DNA from: Candidatus Harrisonbacteria bacterium
GTDB lineage: Bacteria > Patescibacteriota > Minisyncoccia > UBA6257 > 02-FULL-45-10c
DNA length: 64,000 nt
Direction: 5' to 3'
NCBI GenBank assembly: GCA_016214655.1
Contig: JACROC010000006.1
Coordinates: 21,377 to 85,376 of the forward strand
Position numbers and translations under genes: made by a program. Of the stretch, positions 19,608 through 29,384 are shown in pieces; position 1 is the first letter of the stretch; every line of letters starts with the position of its first letter. Under the pieces are notes generated by a model. The model was given only the letters and a program-made list of their open reading frames with translations. It was not told where the DNA came from and searched no databases.

Positions 19608-20624
19608 ATGAATTATTACGAAATACAAAATCAATCCAGGAAATTGCTTTCTTGGTTTTTAGATATAAGATCGAAAATCCTTGATTTAGATGGAGAGCAC
19701 CGTGTTTATGAAATTGCCGAAATTATAGCTTGTAATTATAGAAATTTAAATATTAATTTTCCTAAAAATGAAGTCATTGTAAGCGCTCCTCAAATTACAA
19801 ATAATTATTTTAATAATGATTCGGAATATAGGAAGCCTGTTAAGGATTTATTTAATCTAGTAAACAGGGAGCTCTCTCCATTTGTCAGTCAATTTTATTT
19901 ACACGGTAGCTTAGCTACCGAAGATTATAAAAAGGGATGGAGCGATTTAGATACATTTATGGTTATTAATGGGGAGGTTGTATTAGACGCGAAAAAGCTA
20001 ATTAAACTTCGAGAAATATGTTTTAATGCCTGGCCGATATTTTTGGAAATTACCCCATTACAGCATCACGGATTTATAATCATTACTGAGCTTGATACAA
20101 AATGTTATTCTAATTCTTTTTTACCAACGGAAGTATTTAAGTTGTCACTAGCTATGAAAAATAACCAGCCAACGCTTAAATTGTTAATTCGGGACGATGA
20201 TGGGTTGTCTAAAAATTTATTATTAAATAGATTAGAGCTTGCTCGTGAATCGGCGAATGAAGGAATTTTTAAATATCATCCACACAATGGGAAATATCTT
20301 TTATCTGAATTTCGTAATGCAAACGATTCAATGCATCAACTGTTTTCATTTTTAGGAAATAATATGAATGCTCCAATTTATTTTTTAGATTCTATTGGGA
20401 AAGGCTGTCATAAAAAAGAATCTTTTTTAAGAGCGCGATCATATTTTTCGGATGAGGCCTGGAGCGTTATTGACAAAGCAAGTATTATCAGGGATTTATG
20501 GCCAGATAAGGAAGGTCAAAGATACAGAGGTAATGCGATTCCGAAGTGGGTTATGGAAATTTTAGGGAAAAATTATATTAAGGAAGCCGTTACTTTGTGG
20601 GAAGAAGCGGTTAGTAATGTTTAA
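19608..20624 (+). CDS. uncharacterized protein with polymerase-beta-type nucleotidyltransferase-fold motif (possibly LicD/fukutin-like phosphotransferase)
   Basis: hG[ST]-x10-[DE]h[DE]h pattern: LHGSLATEDYKKGWSDLDTFMVI. No other recognisable domain. 338 aa. Confidence 0.3.
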   Translation: MNYYEIQNQSRKLLSWFLDIRSKILDLDGEHRVYEIAEIIACNYRNLNINFPKNEVIVSAPQITNNYFNNDSEYRKPVKDLFNLVNRELSPFVSQFYLHGSLATEDYKKGWSDLDTFMVINGEVVLDAKKLIKLREICFNAWPIFLEITPLQHHGFIIITELDTKCYSNSFLPTEVFKLSLAMKNNQPTLKLLIRDDDGLSKNLLLNRLELARESANEGIFKYHPHNGKYLLSEFRNANDSMHQLFSFLGNNMNAPIYFLDSIGKGCHKKESFLRARSYFSDEAWSVIDKASIIRDLWPDKEGQRYRGNAIPKWVMEILGKNYIKEAVTLWEEAVSNV

Positions 20625-20636
20625 AAATGAAATATT

Positions 20637-21695
20637 ATGAATAAAAAATTTGTTAATCCACCGCCTCGCAATATTAGTTTGGCGAAATATGATGCTGCCC
20701 ACAAAGAGCTTATCGAAGTCTTTTCGCAGTTTACGGATGTTGCGGCTTTGTATGATTATGGCACCGTCCATAATCCCGGCATTAGCGACCTCGATATTTT
20801 TCTGATTTTAAAGGGTGATTTGCATTCTTCGAAGGCAGAAGACTATCTTATTAGTGAAAAGAAATTTCCCCATACATATTCTCTTCCCCGAGGCACATTA
20901 ATGGTTATGAATGTTGGTGATTTTCAAGGGGTTCACTGGTTTGACGATCAAATTAAACTAAGCCATTTTTTTGGAGATAAAATTATATTGCAGGATATAG
21001 ATCTAGAAATGCAACGGCAGAGATTTTTTGCAAGTATTATTGATTGGCTGCCAGAGCGTTTAGGTGCCTTAGTCCGCTTACTACAGAAATCGGAAATCGA
21101 CATAGTATTTTCGCTACGCGTATTGAGGTGTTATTGTTATACGTTGGAAAAATTATACAAACTTACCAAGGGTTCTCAATATCAGGAATTTGTTAATCGA
21201 GTTTTGGATTTAAGAAACCATTGGAATGACGGAAGAGAAAAAGAATTAGTTGAATTAATACGTGGAGGAATCGTATTAGGATGTAAAGCGCTTTTAGATG
21301 TTTCGGATACGATTCTAAAAAATGAAGAAGGAGCTGTTGGTGAATTATCTTTATATCCCGATCTGAGATTTCATTTTATTGATAATGCGCAACTATTATC
21401 TGCTCAATGGATTTTGTCCAATTTGCATCCATCGAGTATTGTTATCCCGGTTCCGAGCACATATGCCCCGCATTTTTCTTTTTATAGCCAGCAGCCGGGA
21501 TTTCTAGCGGAACAAATGCGTCGGCAAATGAATATGTCGTTGATGCTTCAACCGAAGAGTGAATTATATAGAAAATTTTTAGCTAAGAAAATCGGATTGG
21601 CAACTCGTGCCGGAGAATTTTTGCTTCGCAATGGATTTAAGGACGGGCTTTTTCGTTTTGGGTTCTATTTTAAAAATTATTTGAATAATTTTTAA
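20637..21695 (+). CDS. uncharacterized nucleotidyltransferase-fold protein, distant paralog of the preceding gene
   Basis: YDYGTVHNPGISDLDIFLIL shows the same G[ST]...SDLD-hydrophobic-strand pattern. 352 aa. Confidence 0.3.
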   Translation: MNKKFVNPPPRNISLAKYDAAHKELIEVFSQFTDVAALYDYGTVHNPGISDLDIFLILKGDLHSSKAEDYLISEKKFPHTYSLPRGTLMVMNVGDFQGVHWFDDQIKLSHFFGDKIILQDIDLEMQRQRFFASIIDWLPERLGALVRLLQKSEIDIVFSLRVLRCYCYTLEKLYKLTKGSQYQEFVNRVLDLRNHWNDGREKELVELIRGGIVLGCKALLDVSDTILKNEEGAVGELSLYPDLRFHFIDNAQLLSAQWILSNLHPSSIVIPVPSTYAPHFSFYSQQPGFLAEQMRRQMNMSLMLQPKSELYRKFLAKKIGLATRAGEFLLRNGFKDGLFRFGFYFKNYLNNF

Positions 21696-22407
21696 AATTC
21701 TGTTCGGCGATCTTGAGATCTTTATACGTATCGATATCAACAAATTTTTCCTTTGGCATAATAAACCCACATACTTTGCTTCCCCACACCCTCCCCCCTT
21801 TTATATATTTGGCTTTTGTGGCATATATTAATCCAACTTGTAAATAATATCGCGGAAGCATTTGTCTGGGTACATCAGTTCCTAGTTTTCTGTAGTTTGT
21901 GGTTGGTAAGAGCGCTTTCATGCGACCACTTTTACCATGAGGCAGTGTCCACATCTTGAATGGATTGTAGGGACTAGGATCAATTATTGTTCTTATAGAT
22001 TCACATTTATGTCGATGCATGAATGTAAGAACATTATCAATGTCTTTTCCTGTTCTAAATGGTGATGTTGGTTGAAGTATGACGATAATATCGGGATCCC
22101 ATCCTCGATTTTTTTGAAGCCACTGTAGCGCATGGGCCAAAAAGTCAATATCTTTTGATTTATCACCAGCTAATCTTTTGGGGCGGAGGAACGGGACGTC
22201 GGCTTTATATTTTTTTGCTACCCTGGCAATTGCGGGATCATCGGTTGACACCATGAATGTATCTAGTAGTTTAGATTGTTGTGCGGCGCGGATAGTATAA
22301 TAAATTAGAGGTTTTCCGTGTAGGGGAATAATATTTTTATGAGGTATTCCCTTTGATCCGCCGCGTGCAGGAATGATTCCGACTATTTTTATCTGACTTT
22401 TTTTCAT
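21670..22407 (-). CDS. neuA: acylneuraminate (CMP-nonulosonic acid) cytidylyltransferase
   Basis: KIVGIIPARGGSKGIPHKNIIPLHGKPLIYYTIRAA...STDDPAIARVAKKYKADV, the CTP_transf_3 signature. Confidence 0.8.
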   Translation of the reverse strand: MKKSQIKIVGIIPARGGSKGIPHKNIIPLHGKPLIYYTIRAAQQSKLLDTFMVSTDDPAIARVAKKYKADVPFLRPKRLAGDKSKDIDFLAHALQWLQKNRGWDPDIIVILQPTSPFRTGKDIDNVLTFMHRHKCESIRTIIDPSPYNPFKMWTLPHGKSGRMKALLPTTNYRKLGTDVPRQMLPRYYLQVGLIYATKAKYIKGGRVWGSKVCGFIMPKEKFVDIDTYKDLKIAEQNFKNYSNNF

Positions 22408-22492
22408 ATTATTTATTGTACAGAATAAATTTTATTTTGGTTACCATTGTCTCTGGGGAACAGTTTTAAATTACGACCCATTTTTTAGTAGA

Positions 22493-23809
22493 ATGACTAT
22501 TTTTATCACTAGTTTTCAATCGCTTATTTCACGGAATATTTTAGGAACTCCACTACTTTCATTTTTGAAAAGTAACAATGTGCAAGTGGTGCTTTTGGTT
22601 CCTCAAAAAAAGAAAGATTTTTTTGAAGAAGAATTCAGAGAATTTGAAGTTGTTGTAGAGAGTATTGATACAAAGTTGCAATGGCAAGATAAATTTTTAC
22701 GCTATCTATTTCTTACAGCGCTTAAGACGCGTACTTTAGACATCAAGCGGGAAACAGAAATGAAGGGAAGCGGGAAATGGCTTAAGGTTATTATTAGAAA
22801 TAGTAGCATAGGACGGAAGATGTTGCGATGGCTAAATGCGATTTTGACCCCACGCAATACATTTAAAGATTCATTTCAAAAGTATAATCCTGATTTAGTA
22901 TTTTCAACTGATGCACAAAATGAAATAGATGTCAGGTTGCTCTTGGATGCAAAAAGGAATGGCGTGAGCACGATCGGCATGGTTCGATCATGGGATAATC
23001 TTACCGCTAAGGGCGTGATTCGGGTTATCCCGGATTTGTTAGCGGTTCATAATGAAATTCTTAAAGAAGAAGCTATAACTCTTCATGGAATTCCGGAAGA
23101 AAGGATAAAGATTATCGGCATTCCGCACTACGATCGATATTTTCAGGGCTCGCATTCCAGCCGGGAGGAATTTATGAAACGAATCGGTGCTAATCCCCAA
23201 AAGAAATTAATATTATTTGCGCCTACCGGCGATCGGTATATCGGTGAAAATACAGTTGATAAAGAAGTGTTGGAGATTTTGGATAAAAATATCGGAGAAG
23301 AATACCAGATTTTGGTGCGTTTTCCGCCGGCTGATACGGTATCAGGCCTGGATGGCCGGGAAAACAACAGCCGTTTTATTTTTGACCGGCCGAGCAGGCG
23401 ATTTAAAGTATTAAAAAATACCGAACTTACCAAAGAAGAAGACGCGCATCTGGTAGATTCGATTTATTGGAGCGATTTGATAATCGCAGGCCCATCTACG
23501 CTCTGTGTTGATGCGGCAGTTTTCAACAAGCCGATAGTGCTGGTTGGATTTGATGGCTATGAAAAGCGCCCATATTATCAAGGTATCCGCCGATATTATG
23601 ATTACAATCATTTTGATCCGATACTTAAAAGCGGAGGAGTAAAATTAGCAGAGAATGCAGAGGCGTTAGCTAAATCTGTAAAGGCTTATTTGCAAAATCC
23701 ATTTCTGGATGAACAGGGGAGGCGAGCGATTGTCCGGCAAGAATGTTGGAATACGGATGGGAAAGCAACGGAGCGGCTGGCAAATTCGTTAATTTCCGCA
23801 CTTAAATAG
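22493..23809 (+). CDS. TagF/TagB-like glycerophosphotransferase-family protein (paralog 4)
   Basis: YNPDLVFSTDAQNEIDVRLLLDAKRNGVSTIGMVRSWDNLTAKG, KLILFAPTGDRY, AGPSTLCVDAAVFNKPIVLVGFDGY, and C-terminal RQECWNTDGKATERL. Confidence 0.5.
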   Translation: MTIFITSFQSLISRNILGTPLLSFLKSNNVQVVLLVPQKKKDFFEEEFREFEVVVESIDTKLQWQDKFLRYLFLTALKTRTLDIKRETEMKGSGKWLKVIIRNSSIGRKMLRWLNAILTPRNTFKDSFQKYNPDLVFSTDAQNEIDVRLLLDAKRNGVSTIGMVRSWDNLTAKGVIRVIPDLLAVHNEILKEEAITLHGIPEERIKIIGIPHYDRYFQGSHSSREEFMKRIGANPQKKLILFAPTGDRYIGENTVDKEVLEILDKNIGEEYQILVRFPPADTVSGLDGRENNSRFIFDRPSRRFKVLKNTELTKEEDAHLVDSIYWSDLIIAGPSTLCVDAAVFNKPIVLVGFDGYEKRPYYQGIRRYYDYNHFDPILKSGGVKLAENAEALAKSVKAYLQNPFLDEQGRRAIVRQECWNTDGKATERLANSLISALK

Positions 23810-23851
23810 CATTTTCTAGGGCATCGGAATTATGTTAAGATAAACCTGTTT

Positions 23852-24562
23852 ATGAAAACGCTTTCTGTTGTGATTCCGGTATACAATGAAAAAAATACAA
23901 TTCACAATGTTCTTTCGGCGGTAGAGAAATCGGATATCGGCAACATCGAGAAAGAGATTATCATTGTGGATGATTGTTCCGCTGACGGTACGCGCGAGAT
24001 TTTGGCTGAACTGGAAAAGCAGAAGAAATATAAAATCTTGTATCAGGAGAAAAACATGGGCAAGGGCGCGGCGCTTCGCCGCGGGTTTTCGTCGGTTACC
24101 GGCGATTTTATAATTATCCAGGATGCAGATTTGGAATATGATCCGGCGGAATACGGCACAATGCTGAAGCCGCTCTTGGATGGCCGCGCCGATGTAGTTT
24201 ACGGTTCCCGTTTTTTTGGCGGAGAAAAAACTGTGCACCGCGCATTATTTTTTTGGCATTACTTGGGAAATAGATTTATTACTTTTGTCTCAAATCTTTT
24301 TACCAATCTTAATCTCACCGATATGGAGACCGGTTATAAGGCATTTACAAAATCGGCCATTGAGAAGATCGTCCCGCATTTGGAATCAAATCGTTTTGGC
24401 ATAGAGCCGGAAATTACCGCCTATGCGGCAAAAAACCGTTTGCGCGTTTACGAAGTCGGCATTTCGTATTCCGGAAGGACCTATGAAGAAGGAAAAAAAA
24501 TAAATTGGAAAGACGGTATTGCGGCGATTTGGTTCATAGTGAAATATAATTTACTGAAATAA
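23852..24562 (+). CDS. GT2-family polyprenyl-phosphate glycosyltransferase (DPM1/GtrB/ArnC-like)
   Basis: [14 protein letters not shown]...[12 protein letters not shown]...[10 protein letters not shown] (the DxD and acceptor motifs). 236 aa, soluble-type DPM1-like. Confidence 0.8.
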   Translation: MKTLSVVIPVYNEKNTIHNVLSAVEKSDIGNIEKEIIIVDDCSADGTREILAELEKQKKYKILYQEKNMGKGAALRRGFSSVTGDFIIIQDADLEYDPAEYGTMLKPLLDGRADVVYGSRFFGGEKTVHRALFFWHYLGNRFITFVSNLFTNLNLTDMETGYKAFTKSAIEKIVPHLESNRFGIEPEITAYAAKNRLRVYEVGISYSGRTYEEGKKINWKDGIAAIWFIVKYNLLK

Positions 24563-24564
24563 AT

Positions 24565-26214
24565 ATGGCTTTTGGAATTTTTACAAAATTTTCGGTGTTG
24601 CCGGTACTGCTCCAAAAAATATTTTTGCTGCAATTTCCTAATATATATACGCAGCACAACTTTATTATTTTAATTGAATCGCTGGTCTATATTTATGCTT
24701 CTTTTTTGGCGGGATCGTTTTTGTTGAGGAAAATGGGGCTTGACCTGAATTCCCGATTGAAACAGGCTGCCTATTCGGTAATGAGCGGATATGCCATTTT
24801 TGGTCTCTGGGGATTGGTTTTGGCCGCATCCGGATTATTTGAGCCGATGTATTTAAGGATGTTTTTGGTTTTGGCTGTTCTTGGTTCGGCGGGAACTATC
24901 GCAAAGCAGGGGATGGAAATCTGGAAGGCGGATTATTCAAAAGAGAGAATAACCCGTTTTCTGAAAACGATAGCAGACAGTTCATTAATTTTGAAATTAC
25001 TTATTGCGCTTTGGATAGCTGCCAATTTTGCCATTGTACTTGTGCCGATAACTGGCCATGATACGCTGCATTATCATCTTCCGATTATGGCGAATTTAAT
25101 TAGCGAGGGAAGGATGAATTTTGATACTGCTTTGCCGAGCAGATTTTTGCCGATTTTCGGAGAGATTATCTATGCGGTGCCAATGGCGATTTTCAGCAAT
25201 CTTACGGAACCATTTGTGTTCCAGGTGATGCAGTACAGCTTTTTGATTTTATTTGCGATTTTGATATACGAATTTTTGAAACCGCGTATTTCCAATCAAT
25301 TCTTGGGTCTTGCGGCAGTATTGCTTTTATTCTCAATTATGGATTTTCAGCGTGAGATTATGCACGGCGGATACATAGATGTATTGGCATTTCTATTTGG
25401 CAGCGCTAGCACTCTGCTTTTGATTGAAAACTGCTGCGAGGTGAATATGCGGCCTAGAGAAGTGATGCTTTCCGCGCTGATGCTCGGGGTTGCGCTCGGC
25501 GTTAAATATCTTGCATTGGTTTTTGCGGCAATCAACTTTTTATTTTTATTGGTGATGTTTTGGCGGCAGAAGGTAAATTATGGCGTTATAGCAAGGTGGC
25601 TGGCAGGATATGGGCTTATCATATTTGCCGTGTCGGGGTTTTGGTATTTAAAAAATGCGATTTTCTTTGGAAGCCCTATTTACCCGATGTTTTCTAACAA
25701 ATTGTTTACCTCGCAGGTAAATGTGTTTCTTTTAGACAGGACGGTACTTAATTTTTTCTGGTTTCCGTTTTATCGGTACGGACAGTGGTTTGTCCAGGAT
25801 GTGGAGACCTCCAGCCGTCTTGTGGTGCTGGGATATTTTATTGCCGCATATCTTTTATTCGCGATTTTCTTTTTCAGTAAAAAACTGCGTTGCGCAGAAA
25901 CGCTTTTATTCGTTTTTGTGCAATTATATCTTTTGTTTTTGTTTTTTATGTCCCATCAATATCGGTTCTTACTTCCTTCTAATATCATGCTGGTTCCGCT
26001 TTTGATCTTATTTATTGACCAGGTGTATCAATTTTTAAAAACAAAACTTTTTGAAAATCCATATTCTATTTTTGTCAGAGCATCTTTTTGGGCGATGAGT
26101 ATAGGTTTTGCACTGTTATTCCTCGCCAACACTCATTATTTATACGCTAAATTTTCGTATGCGACTGGCGTGTATGACCAGGATGAATACAGAAGCGAGA
26201 TTGGCGGGTTCTAG
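24565..26214 (+). CDS. polytopic membrane protein, putative GT-C-type glycosyltransferase (GT39/GT83-like) partnered with the upstream GT2
   Basis: 549 aa and more than 12 hydrophobic segments. Acidic/His loop (GHDTLHYH) after TM helices 3-4. Gene order GT2 then large membrane protein is typical of polyprenyl-P-sugar donor/GT-C pairs. No diagnostic motif confirmed. Confidence 0.3.
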   Translation: MAFGIFTKFSVLPVLLQKIFLLQFPNIYTQHNFIILIESLVYIYASFLAGSFLLRKMGLDLNSRLKQAAYSVMSGYAIFGLWGLVLAASGLFEPMYLRMFLVLAVLGSAGTIAKQGMEIWKADYSKERITRFLKTIADSSLILKLLIALWIAANFAIVLVPITGHDTLHYHLPIMANLISEGRMNFDTALPSRFLPIFGEIIYAVPMAIFSNLTEPFVFQVMQYSFLILFAILIYEFLKPRISNQFLGLAAVLLLFSIMDFQREIMHGGYIDVLAFLFGSASTLLLIENCCEVNMRPREVMLSALMLGVALGVKYLALVFAAINFLFLLVMFWRQKVNYGVIARWLAGYGLIIFAVSGFWYLKNAIFFGSPIYPMFSNKLFTSQVNVFLLDRTVLNFFWFPFYRYGQWFVQDVETSSRLVVLGYFIAAYLLFAIFFFSKKLRCAETLLFVFVQLYLLFLFFMSHQYRFLLPSNIMLVPLLILFIDQVYQFLKTKLFENPYSIFVRASFWAMSIGFALLFLANTHYLYAKFSYATGVYDQDEYRSEIGGF

Positions 26215-26229
26215 TGTTATATATTGCAT

Positions 26230-27567
26230 ATGATTAAAACGCTTTTTTTAACTATATTTGAAGGGGCAGAGGCGCGGAATCTTTTACGGACTTCAGTGGC
26301 GCCGACGCTATTAAGCGATCCGGAAGTGCGAATTGTGCTTTTTACGAAAAGTCCGGATCGCGTGGAGTATTATAAAAAAGAATTCAGCGATCCGAGATTG
26401 ATCTATGAGGTAGTGGCGCCGATAAAAGTTGAAGGATTAGACAAGTTCTTTGCCTTCTTAAAATTTCTTCTTTTAAAAACCGAAACTACGGATCTCCGGC
26501 GCTCCTCGCGCTTTAGCTTATTTGCCAGCTGGCTCTTGGCCCGGCCCGCAGTAAGGAGGATGGTCCGATTTCTGGATTATCATTTGGTGAGAAATTCCGC
26601 GTATAGCCGCTATTTTGACGCTTATAAACCGGACGCGGTTTTGCTTGCCCATTTATTTGATGAACCAGAGATTCATCTTTTGCGCGAGGCAAAAAAGCGC
26701 AGAGTAAAGACGATCGGATTTGTAAATTCGTGGGATAAGGTTACGGCCCGCTGTATCCTGCGCTTGCTGCCCGATAAGGCAGTCGTCTTTAACGATGTCG
26801 TGAAAAAAGAAATGATGGAGCATAATGAAATGGCGGAAAAAGATATTTTTGTTAGCGGCCTGCCCCAATACGATAGTTATTTTATGGATAAAAATTACAC
26901 TTCGCGGGAAGTTTTTTTTAATAAATTAAATCTTGATCCGAGGAAAAAATTAATCGTCTACGCGCCGCTGGGCCGCACCTGTGGCGAATCTGACTGGGAT
27001 ATAATCGATCTTTTATATCGTCTCCGTGACAGCGGAAGATTCGGCGATGGCGCGGATTTACTTGTCCGGTTCCAGCCCAATGATTTCTTGGATGAGGCAG
27101 AATTGAAAAAGCGGCCACATCTTAAGTATGATTATCCGGGCACCCGTTTTTCTTCGACGCGCGGCATAGACTGGGATATGAATGCCGAGCACTTGAAGCA
27201 TTTAAGGGACACGCTTCATCATATGTCGCTTTTGGTATGTTACGCGTCTAGCGTCAGCATTGATGCGGCGATTTTTGATAAACCGATTATTAACATTAAT
27301 TTTGAAACCCGGAAACCGGATTCTTTTGAAGAGTCTTCAACTAAATATTATTCGTTCACTCATTACAAAAAAGCGCTGGCTACGGGAGGAATCCGCCTGG
27401 CGAGCAGCGAGGAAGAATTGGTTGCAGCAATTAAGGAATACCTTGCTGATTCTTCGCCTGATCGCGAAGGCAGGAAGAGATTGGTGCGCGAACAATGCCA
27501 ATTTGTTGACGGTAAAGCCGGCGAGAGGATTGGTAAATTTATACTAGAGCCATTTAAGACCCAATGA
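26230..27567 (+). CDS. TagF/TagB-like glycerophosphotransferase-family protein (paralog 5)
   Basis: YKPDAVLLAHLFDEPEIHLLREAKKRRVKTIGFVNSWDKVTAR, KLIVYAPLGRT, ASSVSIDAAIFDKPIININFE, C-terminal REQCQFVDGKAGERI. ATG at 26230. Confidence 0.5.
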   Translation: MIKTLFLTIFEGAEARNLLRTSVAPTLLSDPEVRIVLFTKSPDRVEYYKKEFSDPRLIYEVVAPIKVEGLDKFFAFLKFLLLKTETTDLRRSSRFSLFASWLLARPAVRRMVRFLDYHLVRNSAYSRYFDAYKPDAVLLAHLFDEPEIHLLREAKKRRVKTIGFVNSWDKVTARCILRLLPDKAVVFNDVVKKEMMEHNEMAEKDIFVSGLPQYDSYFMDKNYTSREVFFNKLNLDPRKKLIVYAPLGRTCGESDWDIIDLLYRLRDSGRFGDGADLLVRFQPNDFLDEAELKKRPHLKYDYPGTRFSSTRGIDWDMNAEHLKHLRDTLHHMSLLVCYASSVSIDAAIFDKPIININFETRKPDSFEESSTKYYSFTHYKKALATGGIRLASSEEELVAAIKEYLADSSPDREGRKRLVREQCQFVDGKAGERIGKFILEPFKTQ

Positions 27568-27626
27568 TTTCTTTTTAGTTAAAAATATCGTATTATGATA
27601 TTCAAACCTAAAGATGGCTAGAAAAA

Positions 27627-28256
27627 ATGAATACACATAATATATTTGAACATAAGCAGGGGGCGGAGCATATTGCAACGCCGGTTTCAATTTATATGGT
27701 CAAGCGTCTTTCTAGGAAGTGTAAACACATCTTAGAAATAGGAGGGGGAATTGGTACTTTGACATACTCAATTTTATCTGAGAGCGAGAGCCAAGTTGAT
27801 GTGTATGAAGATAATGATTTTTGTATTAATGAATTAAAAAAAAATCTCGCCGAGTTATCGGAGAGATACACGCTTTTGGATGATTGTACCCAATCACCTC
27901 CACGAATTGATTATGATCTTGTGATTATTGATGGGGGACAGGGCGGCTATGATTGTGGTTATCCTGGCATGACGGAGAATATCTTTACATTTGTTAAACC
28001 CACCTTTGTATATTTTGAAGGAGTACGAAGAAAACAAAGGCGGACCACCCTTAGGGTTCTTAGGAATCGCTATACGATAAAAATTTACCGAATTCCATTC
28101 TATTTTTATCAAGATCGTTTATACAAAGGCGGAACCCTTATGAGGTGTTATGTGTGTAATTCGTTTGTCAAACGGTGGGTGAATTATATACTGAACACAA
28201 TATACGAGTCGCAGTATACGGAAAAATTCTTTGGTAGGATAAAACCGCCTGTATAA
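27627..28256 (+). CDS. hypothetical protein, possible small SAM-dependent methyltransferase
   Basis: Motif-I-like ILEIGGGIGTLTYS followed by the acidic VYEDN and DLVIIDGG. Weak. Confidence 0.3.
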   Translation: MNTHNIFEHKQGAEHIATPVSIYMVKRLSRKCKHILEIGGGIGTLTYSILSESESQVDVYEDNDFCINELKKNLAELSERYTLLDDCTQSPPRIDYDLVIIDGGQGGYDCGYPGMTENIFTFVKPTFVYFEGVRRKQRRTTLRVLRNRYTIKIYRIPFYFYQDRLYKGGTLMRCYVCNSFVKRWVNYILNTIYESQYTEKFFGRIKPPV

Positions 28257-28265
28257 TAAATCTCT

Positions 28266-29279
28266 ATGATTGAGGAGAATAGAATTTTTGATTATTTTAA
28301 AGTGCGGTTGGAAGAGCTCCCGTGCAATCTTTGCGGGAAAGATAATTTTGCGGTGCTGGCGAAGCGGTCCGGAAACGGCCTTTTGGCGCAGACCTGCATG
28401 TGCCGGAATTGCGGATTAATTTATATCAATCCGCGCATGACCAAGGCGGGGTACGATGATTATTATAAATATTTTTATCGCCAGGACCGGGCGTCGGCTA
28501 AGGGCAGGAATTTGGTTCAAAGCGAAAAAAATAACTGGATTGAGCAGAATTTTTTAAGAGCCAGAAAATTCGGATTGGCCTTAGGCGGGTTGCTTAAGGA
28601 TTATTTCAAGCCGGGCCTGACTATTGATATCGGCTCAAGCACTGGCGGAGTATTATACGGATTGCGCGAGGCAATCGGGAACTTGGATTTGCTCGGCATA
28701 GAGCCATCGATTGCCGAATCCAATTTTGCCAATCAAAAAGGCGTGAAAACTCTGAATGCGCTTTTCGAAAATATACCCGAAAAGGAAATCGGCAAGGCGG
28801 CCAATATTCTATGCGTACAAAGTTTGAACCATTTGTTGGATCCGCGCAGTTTTTTCCAGCGCTGCTTCGAGTATCTTCAGGATGGCGGCTGCCTTATCTT
28901 GTCGGTAAAAAATTTCCGGCATCAGGCGCGCCGTGCCGGATCAATAGAGGCGGGAGTGCAGATTGATCATCCGTTTATGTTTACTCCGGAGACGCTGAAG
29001 CTTTTCGTGGAATCGGTAGGATTCAAGGTGGTATATCTCGATGTAGATGAAGGAAAATCTGAATTTGATTTGCGGAAGCAGCGGAACGAAGGATTAAGCC
29101 GCCATCATATCCGTTTGGCGGCTGAAAAGCCAGAGAAATGGGCGGGCGGGAGAATGGCTGGCGTTTCTAAGCCGGATGTCTATTGGAAGTCGCGCCTGCA
29201 ATTTTGGAAGCCGTATGTAAAGCTTTATTATTGGCTTTTTTATTCCCATCGGTTAAGTTTTTTAAGGAAAACTTTCTAA
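28266..29279 (+). CDS. class I SAM-dependent methyltransferase with N-terminal zinc-ribbon
   Basis: CNLCG...CRNCG ribbon. Motif I TIDIGSSTGGVL and DGGCLILSV. Confidence 0.5.
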   Translation: MIEENRIFDYFKVRLEELPCNLCGKDNFAVLAKRSGNGLLAQTCMCRNCGLIYINPRMTKAGYDDYYKYFYRQDRASAKGRNLVQSEKNNWIEQNFLRARKFGLALGGLLKDYFKPGLTIDIGSSTGGVLYGLREAIGNLDLLGIEPSIAESNFANQKGVKTLNALFENIPEKEIGKAANILCVQSLNHLLDPRSFFQRCFEYLQDGGCLILSVKNFRHQARRAGSIEAGVQIDHPFMFTPETLKLFVESVGFKVVYLDVDEGKSEFDLRKQRNEGLSRHHIRLAAEKPEKWAGGRMAGVSKPDVYWKSRLQFWKPYVKLYYWLFYSHRLSFLRKTF

Positions 29280-29384
29280 ATTTTAAGGGGAAACCGGGTC
29301 ATATTTTGCGGGGTTGTATATAGATACAAACCCGATATTTATTTGTCAAAGTGAGTAATTTATTGTATCTTATTAAGGTTCGTA

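Noticed and set aside
19608-21695. CBASS-like anti-phage signalling module (two CD-NTase-like genes)
   Set aside because: No adjacent effector (phospholipase, TM, endonuclease), Cap2/Cap3 or HORMA/TRIP13 genes. The flanking genes are sugar-metabolism enzymes. The NTase motif alone is insufficient, and a LicD-like transferase role fits the context better. Left as unknown.
29343-29371. TTGTCA-17-TATCTT promoter upstream of the NeuC-like gene
   Set aside because: A transcript from it would start only ~7 nt before the ATG and would exclude the apparent RBS, so the match is probably fortuitous in AT-rich DNA. An imperfect hairpin at 29309-29334 just upstream may instead be the terminator of the preceding methyltransferase gene.
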